DNA of 32,000 nucleotides from Candidatus Heimdallarchaeota archaeon (GTDB lineage: Archaea; Asgardarchaeota; Heimdallarchaeia; JABLTI01), in the NCBI GenBank assembly GCA_030614005.1, contig JAUWKS010000011.1:1-32000 (forward strand). Direction: 5' to 3'. Positions 16,664 through 25,668 of this stretch are shown in pieces. A program made the translations under genes and the position numbers. Within the stretch, counting starts at the first letter, position 1. Every line of letters starts with the position of its first letter. Below the pieces are notes generated by a model that had not been told where the DNA came from, did no database searches, and was given only the letters and a program-made list of their open reading frames with translations.

Positions 16664-18829
16664 TTAGGATTTAGAGAAATTTTTACTGATAGATTTAATT
16701 TTCTGTAAATAATCACTCTCGAGATGGTTTGAAGATTTTTTAACAATCTCTTTTTTATATTGAGATTCTTTAATGCGTTGCTTCTTATGGTGTAAAATTA
16801 GCTGAGCCCATAATAACCCTAAAGCTGCTTTTTCTTCAATTTGTTGATTGTTACTATACTCTTTACTGAAAAGAACTAATTCATCAGCGAATTTTATAAC
16901 TGATTTCCAATCATCTGAATTAGTGGTTAGAATTAGAAAAGAATAGCCTTCTGCTAATTTTACTTGTATATTTTCATCAAAGGAATATCTATTTGCTATG
17001 CTTTTCAAAATTTCTAGTAGTTCTAACTTTCTCATTTCGACTGTTGAAGTAAATGCAAGAATCCCTTCATTTATTGCTCGAGCAATTTTCAAAGGAATTT
17101 TTTCGTCTCTGAGGCTTAATCTATTTGCTGTTTCAATTTCAATCTTTAATTGTTCAAGAAGAATTGTTTCCCCTCGTCTGGCTAAGAAGCTAATAAGACG
17201 TGTAATATTACTTACAAAATTAAACTGTTTATAATATTTAGAGAGAAATTTCAATCCCATCTTATTGATGATTTCTAAAAAGAATACTGTTCCAACTCCA
17301 TCCAATCTTGCTGCTCTAAGTGTTGTTGCTCGAATAAGTGGGTTTACTAATTCCACAATGAGTTTTTTCTCAGACATATTTGAGACGTGATCAAATATTT
17401 CTTCTTGAGAAATGTTCAATTTAGCACTATTGTAACCATGCATGCCTACAGAAAAAATGAGTGCTTTTGTATGCAATAATTGATTAATAAGAAATCTATT
17501 ATCATTAAGCTCAAGTTGCTTTAAAAATTCCAATTGCTCTAAAATTCTTTCTTCTTTTGTAGCGGCTAAAGTTAAATCGTCATCTCTAGACGTTTCATCT
17601 TGAATTTCATCAATAGTTTTTCTGTCAGCAGGTATTTGTCCTGTTTCCCGCAAATGTTCTTTAATATCATTATTATAATCAATTACTGCATCAATTTCCT
17701 CAACGATGCTGAATGGTTTGTTCTTTTCTAATTTTGTGTGTAGTTCCTTGGTTAATTTTTCAATATCCTCAATATCATTAATATCATAAGAAAGCTTAAG
17801 CCCTCTTCGACCTATTTTCAGAGCATCATATTCCTCTATTCGCATCATTTTTTGAATTGCAAGCAGCTTTCCTTCAGCAATTTTATATTGCTGATTCTTG
17901 TCTCGTTCTACACGTAAATCGATTACAATAGGAAGATCAGCTAATGTCTCCCAAAGATTATATTTATCCAATGTAATGCTTAATCGATATACATCCCTGT
18001 AAAATTCACTCTTATCTTTTCTCAATAATTTCTCCGAGTCTTGAAGTATCTCTCTGATTCCGGCAATACAATCCTCACAAGGTTTCTCTGTTTGATTATT
18101 TATACGCGCCATATTTAGAACTGCGTTGATGACTCCCTCTTGAAAAATGTCATCTATATCTTCTCCTAAAATTAAACGTAGTCCATTACTATTTTGATTT
18201 TCTGTGCTTTCACATTTGTGGCCACTAATTGAGAAGCCTATAAACTTCTGATAAAGATTTTTTATTGTTGAGCAATCCTGCTCATCAAGATAGAATAGTG
18301 CATTCAAGTATACTTTCGCATTTAGCAATTGAATGGCATCAATTAGAGGATGGAGAGCCCATTTCTCTTTTATCATAGAGATAATTTCTAGTATTTCATC
18401 ATCTTTTCCCCAACGAATAAGTTCTATGGATGCTCGAGATATCGCATCGTAAATGGTTTTATTTTCGGGTATTTTAACGATAATATCAATAAAGTCAGTA
18501 AAAAGATCAATTCGTCTTGTATCACGAATGTTGTAGCTATCAATTAGAAGCTTGTAAATTGCTCGAGAGAGAATATTTACTAACTCACTAAATTCTTTGG
18601 ACCACCAGGCAATTTCAACCAACTGATTCAAAATAACTCGTTCAGAGGTAACATCACCCTGTTCACTAAATGATTCCATTATTTCAAAGAGAATATTAGC
18701 AAATTCCTCTGTTTTCTTAGTGTCTTCTTTCAAGTCAATTTTACTTCTGCATTGTAGAATATATGCAAAGATATCTTCTTTAGACATCAGTAGATAGCTT
18801 TTTTTCAGCTGTTTAAGTTCCTTTGACAT
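16664..18829 (-). CDS. Large all-alpha-helical (solenoid-like) hypothetical protein
   Basis: About 720 aa of amphipathic helices with no TM segment and no nucleotide-binding motif. ATG at 18829 chosen because AGGTGA lies 8 nt upstream. Confidence 0.7.
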   Translation of the reverse strand: MSKELKQLKKSYLLMSKEDIFAYILQCRSKIDLKEDTKKTEEFANILFEIMESFSEQGDVTSERVILNQLVEIAWWSKEFSELVNILSRAIYKLLIDSYNIRDTRRIDLFTDFIDIIVKIPENKTIYDAISRASIELIRWGKDDEILEIISMIKEKWALHPLIDAIQLLNAKVYLNALFYLDEQDCSTIKNLYQKFIGFSISGHKCESTENQNSNGLRLILGEDIDDIFQEGVINAVLNMARINNQTEKPCEDCIAGIREILQDSEKLLRKDKSEFYRDVYRLSITLDKYNLWETLADLPIVIDLRVERDKNQQYKIAEGKLLAIQKMMRIEEYDALKIGRRGLKLSYDINDIEDIEKLTKELHTKLEKNKPFSIVEEIDAVIDYNNDIKEHLRETGQIPADRKTIDEIQDETSRDDDLTLAATKEERILEQLEFLKQLELNDNRFLINQLLHTKALIFSVGMHGYNSAKLNISQEEIFDHVSNMSEKKLIVELVNPLIRATTLRAARLDGVGTVFFLEIINKMGLKFLSKYYKQFNFVSNITRLISFLARRGETILLEQLKIEIETANRLSLRDEKIPLKIARAINEGILAFTSTVEMRKLELLEILKSIANRYSFDENIQVKLAEGYSFLILTTNSDDWKSVIKFADELVLFSKEYSNNQQIEEKAALGLLWAQLILHHKKQRIKESQYKKEIVKKSSNHLESDYLQKIKSISKNFSKS

Positions 18830-18927
18830 TGAGGTATTCACCTAATATAAAACACAGAGGATTATGAATCCCATTTTGCTTATCAACTTATCAGTAAACA
18901 TCAATAAATCTCTTTTTCTTAGTGCAT

Positions 18928-18980
18928 AAAAAAATTGAATAATAAAAAAGTAAGAGAGAATAGTGTCGCTATTATTCAAA
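18928..18980 (-). terminator. Putative terminator downstream of the lipid kinase gene
   Basis: 10-bp inverted arms TTGAATAATA (18935-18944) / TATTATTCAA (18970-18979), followed on the minus strand by a T7 tract. Confidence 0.5.
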
Positions 18981-19889
18981 TTAGCGCCATTTTATTTTCT
19001 CTGTAATGTGGTCCGGCATTTTTAATGTGGATAGAACTTTGTGTTTACAAACAAATTTGTAGGGGTAGTCGCCAAACATCTCACCCATAAAATGGTTGGG
19101 AACTCTATTGCTTGACAAGTTTTCTACGACAACTTTCTTTCCAAGAAGTTGTTCAACTTTCTTATGCTTGACATGTTTTCCTGTGTCCAAATTTCCTAGA
19201 ATATACAATTTTTGGATAAAATTAACATCACCGATGAGTGTAATGTCAAGTAAACCATCATCAATCACTGCCCCAGGACAGAGAATCTTTTTGTTTCCTG
19301 CACAAACACCATTTCCAATTGCAATATCTAAAAAGTTCATTTCACGAACTATTTTGCCATCGTCAATATCAACTTTCATATGATTTGTTTTGAACTTGAA
19401 AATATTTGCGAGAAGATTTTTTGTATAGGTAAAAGAGGTTTTAGCACCAATTGCACCTTCTGCCACAGCACCACTGATTCCAATTCCGACTAAAGAAAAG
19501 ACATATCGCTCTCCATCATTTACCTCTGTGCAATCAACTTTTCTAACTTCCTTCTTAACAAGCATCTCAACCATATCTTCCATTTCTAAGGTGAGATGTA
19601 AAGCATAAGCACTATCATTCCCTCTTCCAACAGGTAATATTGCCATAGTATTTTCGAATCCTGTTTGACCAATACCAGTAACAACTTCGTTAACAGTGCC
19701 ATCGCCACCGTAGACACCAATTATTTTATGATCCTTAACTGACTCTTTGGTTATTCTAATAGCATCATTAACGCCTTTGGTCCATTCTACTTCAAAATCA
19801 AGACCTGCTTCTTTGAAGGCTTTGATATATTTCGGCCATTTCTTACGAGCTTTCCCTGCATACGTATTTGGGTTACAAATGATTTTCAA
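18981..19889 (-). CDS. Diacylglycerol-kinase-family (YegS/DgkB-like) soluble lipid kinase
   Basis: IICNP..YAG, GGDGTVNEVVTG, ILPVGRGND, AIGNG...G, P.A.IDDGLLD. TTG start with a GGAG SD. Confidence 0.9.
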   Translation of the reverse strand: MKIICNPNTYAGKARKKWPKYIKAFKEAGLDFEVEWTKGVNDAIRITKESVKDHKIIGVYGGDGTVNEVVTGIGQTGFENTMAILPVGRGNDSAYALHLTLEMEDMVEMLVKKEVRKVDCTEVNDGERYVFSLVGIGISGAVAEGAIGAKTSFTYTKNLLANIFKFKTNHMKVDIDDGKIVREMNFLDIAIGNGVCAGNKKILCPGAVIDDGLLDITLIGDVNFIQKLYILGNLDTGKHVKHKKVEQLLGKKVVVENLSSNRVPNHFMGEMFGDYPYKFVCKHKVLSTLKMPDHITEKIKWR

Positions 19890-20085
19890 TTAACTTATCT
19901 CCGCAATGATTTGATACTGTTTTGATATTATCAGTTTTAAATTTAACCGAAAAAAACTCCAAAATGCGTTAATTTGTCGAAAACTAATCAATTAAATAGT
20001 AGTAATAAAATGTTAATTTAGTTTAAGGATCTAAGGAGAGGGATATAATAATCATTTTTAATTGAAGAACAAGGGAAGTAACTAA

Positions 20086-23000
20086 ATGAGCTCAAAATCT
20101 AAAAATAAATTGAAAGTAATATTAAAATCAAAAGAATCATTTCTAATAATTTGTTTGATACTTATCCCATTAGTACTAAATAATCAATATTCGAACAATT
20201 ATACTTCAGCCCATTCACCTGTATCGAGTCCAATGGAAATATTCTCCTTATGGAATGATACTATTCCCTTGATTGATGGTTTTGTTGATTTCAATTCTAC
20301 AAGCTCAGCTAGTGAATGGACAACAGCAGCAATTTATGATTTATTTAATACTGATCAAGATCCATCCTCAAAATTGCTTTTAAAAAATGATGACACTAAT
20401 CTCTATGTTGGAATAGATTGTATAAGCTATACAACAGAATCGCCTGCAAGTACATGGGGAATGGGCGTATACCTGGATCGTGATCATAACGGACTGCTAA
20501 GTCAAAATGACCGAGCAATATATTTTAAATCAAATGCAACAGATGAGCTAGTAATAATCTATCAATATAGCGCTCAGAACAATTTTTGGAAAGAAATAGA
20601 AACTGGTTATCTTGAGGACAACCTCACATCCTCGCACGTTGTAATAGATACTGATTTCAAGGACTCAGTTTTCGAAGAGCAACCTCATAGACAATATGAA
20701 ATAGTTATCCCATTATCATTAATGCAAGTAGCCCCCGGGCAAATAACTGGCATTGCTTTCGAGGTTTTTGAAAATTTATTTGGTGATGACGAGGAAAATA
20801 CTTGGCCATTTATTGAAACAACACCAAGAGATATAAGATTAAATGCTGGTCTTTGGGGCGATTTATTCATTGGGAAAAATTCTGGTGATTATTACACTAA
20901 ATATTCTATCGAAGACAATTTTAACATTAAAGATTCTGCAATCGGTCCAAATAATGGTACCTTTATGACTACTGCTGATATTAATGGAGATGGAGATTTA
21001 GAGCTGATTATTAGTTCAAACCGAACTGTTTCTTCTGATAATAATTTATTAGCGATTTATGATACAATCGATGGAGAATTAGTTAAAATATGGTCTTCGT
21101 GGTTTTCTGTTCATCAGAATAAGATGTTTTTAGTGAAGCAAATTGTTGCTTACGATTTCGATGAAAACGGACAAGATGAATTATATCTTGCAGGTGAAGA
21201 TAGTAGAATTCTAAGGTTAACAGAATGGGATGAAGAGATAAATGATTTTGATAAATCAGATTATGCTGTTACTCATACTTCAAGTTTAACAGGATATCTT
21301 GCAATTGGAGAGGCAACAAATATGGGTGTAATGAATTTAGTATTTGGAGATCAAAATGGAAAAGTCAATGTCTTGGAATATATTAATGCAACAGGTCTTT
21401 TTGAAAAAGATAAAAAATCACCTATTACTCCAATTGTTTCTGGTTATACTGTTGAAAAAATTCATGCAGTAGAAATTGCCGATGTAGATGCTGACGGTAG
21501 ATATGAAATATTAATGAATTTACAAATAACTTCAGACGATTCAATTTCAACAACTCGGTTACAGATCTATGAGAGAACTATAGCGAAATACCTGGAAAAC
21601 ATAGAAGATGATTTGCCATCAGCTTCATCTATTTTAACTGAAGATAATTTTGGTCATACAATCATTGTTGCTGATGTTGATAATGACTTGGAATCAGAAA
21701 TAGTTTTAGTAGGACAAAATTATTTGAGAATATTGAGTGCAAATTCTTTCCTAGATGCTGAACCACATTTAGAATTTAAAATTAATGATGAAGTAAATTC
21801 TCCATTCATGGGTGGTGGTGCATTAGTCTATGATGTGGATGATGACTCATATAATGAATTGGTTTTTAGTTGTAATAACGGCACTTTATTTGTAATCAAT
21901 ATTACAGATTCAGGAAGCAACTCATTATCTTACAATATAAAGTGGTCAAGTGATATTGGCTCTTCCTCAGGGAAAAGAAAGTCAATACTCGCTTATGATT
22001 TGGATGAGGATACAGAAACAGAAATAATATTCGGTGATAACTTTGGTCAAATAATGACTTTAGGTAAATCAGCTATTCCGGAAATAAGAATTCTCTCACC
22101 ATCATCAGGTTCAACTGTTTCAACATCATCTGTTCTAATTACTTGGGAAGGATTAGATGATTTTGCTATTCACCATTATGATATTTTTGTTGAAGGCAGT
22201 ATCCAAGGTAGAGTAAATGGCAGTCAAACTGCTTTTATTGTTTCTTTGCCATCATCAAGTAATACAATTGAAATTATTTGCTACGATGTTAACGGTAAGA
22301 GTGCTTCTGATTCAATTATTGTTAGTCAATCTACAACTGCACCACAAATTTACATTACAAGCCCTGAAAATTATTACCAAACAGCTTCTAATGACATTAG
22401 AATAGAATTCGATTATTCTGATCCAAATGATGATTTTGATCATTATGAAGTATGGATTGATGAAGCTCAATTTGGTGGAGATTATGCTCCATCTACTACT
22501 TTCGTAGATTTAACTTTGAATACCGATGGTGAACATAACATAACTGTAGTTGGTATTGATTCTAAGTTAAATAGAGGAAAAAGCTCAATATTTGTTACAG
22601 TTGATACAACTGCACCCTTATTGACAATTACTAATCCAATAAGCGGTTCAGCAATGAAACTGACAACAATTGAGCTGCAATGGACTGCATCGGATGCTCT
22701 AAGTGGATTATCACATTTTGTTGTGAAAAAAGATGGTTTTGTTTATGCAACCACATCAGCACTTTCACAATTAGTGTCATTGGATTCAGATAAAATTTAT
22801 GATCTACAAGTTACTGCTTACGATCAATTAGGAAATTCAAGAATAGATTCTATCACAATAGTGAAGGATACAGCAAAACCAACCGTTTTAATCACCGATC
22901 CAATTGATGGTTATACAACCTCTTCAGATCAATTAACAATAAATTGGGAATCAGAAGATAATATCGGTGGCACGGGTATTCATCATACTGAAGTAATTGT

Positions 23001-25614
23001 CAATCAGCAAACAAAATATTCCAGTACAGGTGCAACAACAGCTACCTTTTCAGTTGAGGATGAAGGTGTAAAAGATATCATCGTTACAACATATGATAAA
23101 GCGGGAAATATTGATACAGATCACATCATTGTTTATGTGGATAGTACTGTTCCTTATCTCGAAATTCTTTCACCAGAAACCGGCTTCATAACTGGTTTGG
23201 ATTATTTTATCGCTAATTGGTACAGCAATGATACTGGTTCAGGAATAGCTGAATACAATATCTATGTTGACAATGTATTAATAGAAACGATAAGTGATCC
23301 ATTAGTAACTACTACAATAGTACCATTGACCCTTGATCACACTTCCTCGATAATAATTAGTGTAGTTGATGTTTACGGTTATGTATTTAATGATACTATT
23401 TCTGTTACTCAAGATTCCACTCTCCCCTCAATTGCACTTATTACACCGCAAGCGAATTTCTCTTACATCTCTGACTCATTAATTTCCATTGAATGGGATG
23501 TAGCAAATATTCAAGATTTCATTTCATACTTCATATATGTTAATGAGACGCTTAATCAAACTATTAGCGATATTTCAACAAAGAATACTATTATTGATTT
23601 GGGAGCTATTCCGATAAATGAATATCCACTCTTTAATCTAACTATTGTTGTTCAGACCCTAAGTAACAATATTTCAGATACAAAATGGATCATTGTTGAT
23701 CAATCTATACCTTCAGTTACAATAATCACTCCGGCAAATTATACTACTTATTATCAAGATATAATCTATATTCAGTGGACAGCCAACGATCAGGGATCAG
23801 GTGTGTATAATTATAAAATTCTAGTAAATGGTCAATACCTTGAATTCTGCTCTTACGATAAAAATTATTATTATCTAATATTCAATGAAGAGGATGGAGA
23901 GCAATTAATAACCATTGAAGTATTCGATTTTGCTTCCAATAGAGCTACAAGCAACATTACACTTCTTTTGAATATCTTACTGCCTGAATATCAAGCAAAT
24001 ATTCCTACCATTTATTATACACAAGATGGTGACTTCCAATTTGATTTTACGGTGACAGACACGCAATCTGGTGTAAAGGGTTTAATTATGTTGTTAGATG
24101 ATGATGAAATAGTGAATGAGAACTATGAATTAGCAATTAGAAATGAATCATTTACTCTTTCATATGACTTTAATGAATCATCATTTACTGCATTAGATGA
24201 TAGTCATGAACTTGAAGTCGCAATACTTGACTTTTATAATCGTGAATTGATTCAATTATATATTATTAATATTGATACACAAAACCCAACAATTCTTCCA
24301 ACAATAACAGTTGATTCTGAATTACTAACTGCAGATGGATTAGAATTAGTAAATGGTAGCAAAGAGAGTCTCTTGTTCTTGGTAACTGTTACAGACAATT
24401 TTGGTATAGATAGAGTCACTTTAACTGTTGTAAGTGAAGATTCGACTGCAACATACGATATGATTGCTGAAACAGAAGAAGGACTTCAAGTTGTACATTA
24501 CTCTCTAAATTTAAGCATAGCTGATTTTGAAATAGGTGAATATACAATTATTTTCACTACATTTGATCTTGCAGGTAATAATCAAAGTTTATCATATAAT
24601 TTGGCTATTATTCCTATAGTAGAAATCCCGTGGTTCCAACAAGGAAATAATGCTATCTACCTATCCATAGGGATTGGTGGATTACTACTTATATCAACAA
24701 TGTTAGCTATAGGCGCTACAAAAGGACCCATTGCAAATAAAGATTGGAAAGAAGAAATTATTGCTGTTCTTTTTGTTAAGAAGACAGGATTAACTTGTGT
24801 TAGTGTTAATTATGTTCAGCAATTAATTCAGGAAGAACAATTAATTGGTGGAGCAATGATAGCAATCCAAAGTATGCTTACTGAAATTTCAGGAAGTAAA
24901 TTGAAAGGAACGATTGAAACTATGGAACTAGGTGATAGAACCATGTTTCTTTTCTTAGGTGAATATGGGATCAGTGTTTTAATGGTTAATCAAGTTAAAC
25001 CAATTCATAAGAAATTGCTAAAGAAATTCAATGACAAATTTGTTAAGAAATATTCTGTAGCATTAGAAAATCTATTCTTTGTAGATAGCACTTCTTTTCT
25101 TGGTAGTGAAAAACTTGTTGAAAAAATCTTTGGTCCAGTGAAGGAGATTACTCCAGAATCTGGAATTGCAAATCAATTGCAAACTATAATCGATGATATT
25201 AAACCAGAAGTAATCAGTATAATTGAAAAAGATAAGAAAGAATCAGATTTAATTCATGAAAGCGATTCTCCTATAGATCATTTAGTAAAACAATTATCTC
25301 GAGAATCAAATAGAAGTCTTACAAAAATAATAACTACTACTCCTGCAATAATAATTGCATTAGCTGAACAGAATTTTGATGAAGCAGAGACTCATTTACA
25401 ATCTGTAATTATGGATATTGAACTATTACGTCAACTAGAAAGAACGAATTTTGAGTTGCAGCTATTCATCGAAAATATGAGAACAATAACCAATGAAATA
25501 AGGGTAGCTATTGATGCTGGTCGGCAAAATGATACAACTAGACTAAGACAAGCAATCGAAAATTCAACTAGAATTTGGTTTGATGACATAGCTGAAAAAT
25601 GGTCTGATATCTAA
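20086..25614 (+). CDS. Giant single-pass surface receptor A: DOMON/CBM9-like domain, FG-GAP propeller, 9 Ig-like domains, TM, longin-like domain, helical tail
   Basis: N-terminal hydrophobic signal; IPLIDG...EW...KNDDTNLYVG...HRQYEIVIPL (DOMON/CBM9-like); seven DxDxDG-type repeats; nine ~90-100-aa repeats of the form P.i.I.sP...W...D..SGi..y.i.vng...i...D..GN; TM at ~24652-24717; cytoplasmic region with longin-type secondary-structure order. Confidence 0.85.
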   Translation: MSSKSKNKLKVILKSKESFLIICLILIPLVLNNQYSNNYTSAHSPVSSPMEIFSLWNDTIPLIDGFVDFNSTSSASEWTTAAIYDLFNTDQDPSSKLLLKNDDTNLYVGIDCISYTTESPASTWGMGVYLDRDHNGLLSQNDRAIYFKSNATDELVIIYQYSAQNNFWKEIETGYLEDNLTSSHVVIDTDFKDSVFEEQPHRQYEIVIPLSLMQVAPGQITGIAFEVFENLFGDDEENTWPFIETTPRDIRLNAGLWGDLFIGKNSGDYYTKYSIEDNFNIKDSAIGPNNGTFMTTADINGDGDLELIISSNRTVSSDNNLLAIYDTIDGELVKIWSSWFSVHQNKMFLVKQIVAYDFDENGQDELYLAGEDSRILRLTEWDEEINDFDKSDYAVTHTSSLTGYLAIGEATNMGVMNLVFGDQNGKVNVLEYINATGLFEKDKKSPITPIVSGYTVEKIHAVEIADVDADGRYEILMNLQITSDDSISTTRLQIYERTIAKYLENIEDDLPSASSILTEDNFGHTIIVADVDNDLESEIVLVGQNYLRILSANSFLDAEPHLEFKINDEVNSPFMGGGALVYDVDDDSYNELVFSCNNGTLFVINITDSGSNSLSYNIKWSSDIGSSSGKRKSILAYDLDEDTETEIIFGDNFGQIMTLGKSAIPEIRILSPSSGSTVSTSSVLITWEGLDDFAIHHYDIFVEGSIQGRVNGSQTAFIVSLPSSSNTIEIICYDVNGKSASDSIIVSQSTTAPQIYITSPENYYQTASNDIRIEFDYSDPNDDFDHYEVWIDEAQFGGDYAPSTTFVDLTLNTDGEHNITVVGIDSKLNRGKSSIFVTVDTTAPLLTITNPISGSAMKLTTIELQWTASDALSGLSHFVVKKDGFVYATTSALSQLVSLDSDKIYDLQVTAYDQLGNSRIDSITIVKDTAKPTVLITDPIDGYTTSSDQLTINWESEDNIGGTGIHHTEVIVNQQTKYSSTGATTATFSVEDEGVKDIIVTTYDKAGNIDTDHIIVYVDSTVPYLEILSPETGFITGLDYFIANWYSNDTGSGIAEYNIYVDNVLIETISDPLVTTTIVPLTLDHTSSIIISVVDVYGYVFNDTISVTQDSTLPSIALITPQANFSYISDSLISIEWDVANIQDFISYFIYVNETLNQTISDISTKNTIIDLGAIPINEYPLFNLTIVVQTLSNNISDTKWIIVDQSIPSVTIITPANYTTYYQDIIYIQWTANDQGSGVYNYKILVNGQYLEFCSYDKNYYYLIFNEEDGEQLITIEVFDFASNRATSNITLLLNILLPEYQANIPTIYYTQDGDFQFDFTVTDTQSGVKGLIMLLDDDEIVNENYELAIRNESFTLSYDFNESSFTALDDSHELEVAILDFYNRELIQLYIINIDTQNPTILPTITVDSELLTADGLELVNGSKESLLFLVTVTDNFGIDRVTLTVVSEDSTATYDMIAETEEGLQVVHYSLNLSIADFEIGEYTIIFTTFDLAGNNQSLSYNLAIIPIVEIPWFQQGNNAIYLSIGIGGLLLISTMLAIGATKGPIANKDWKEEIIAVLFVKKTGLTCVSVNYVQQLIQEEQLIGGAMIAIQSMLTEISGSKLKGTIETMELGDRTMFLFLGEYGISVLMVNQVKPIHKKLLKKFNDKFVKKYSVALENLFFVDSTSFLGSEKLVEKIFGPVKEITPESGIANQLQTIIDDIKPEVISIIEKDKKESDLIHESDSPIDHLVKQLSRESNRSLTKIITTTPAIIIALAEQNFDEAETHLQSVIMDIELLRQLERTNFELQLFIENMRTITNEIRVAIDAGRQNDTTRLRQAIENSTRIWFDDIAEKWSDI

Positions 25615-25636
25615 TTTTTCTCAAAAAAGAAATAAA

Positions 25637-25668
25637 GTAAAATGAAATATGTTTTATATTTCATTTAC
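25637..25668. terminator. Hairpin between the convergent receptor genes (putative bidirectional terminator)
   Basis: Perfect 11-bp stem AAATGAAATAT (25640-25650) / ATATTTCATTT (25656-25666) with a 5-nt loop, extendable to 13 bp with one bulge; T-tract after the stop at 25614. Confidence 0.6.

Noticed and set aside
16465-16746. 94-aa N-terminal extension of Sat in the ORF track
   Set aside because: It overlaps the 3' end of the solenoid gene, has AT-rich non-protein-like composition, and the canonical Sat start MINPHG with a GGAGA SD lies at 16464.
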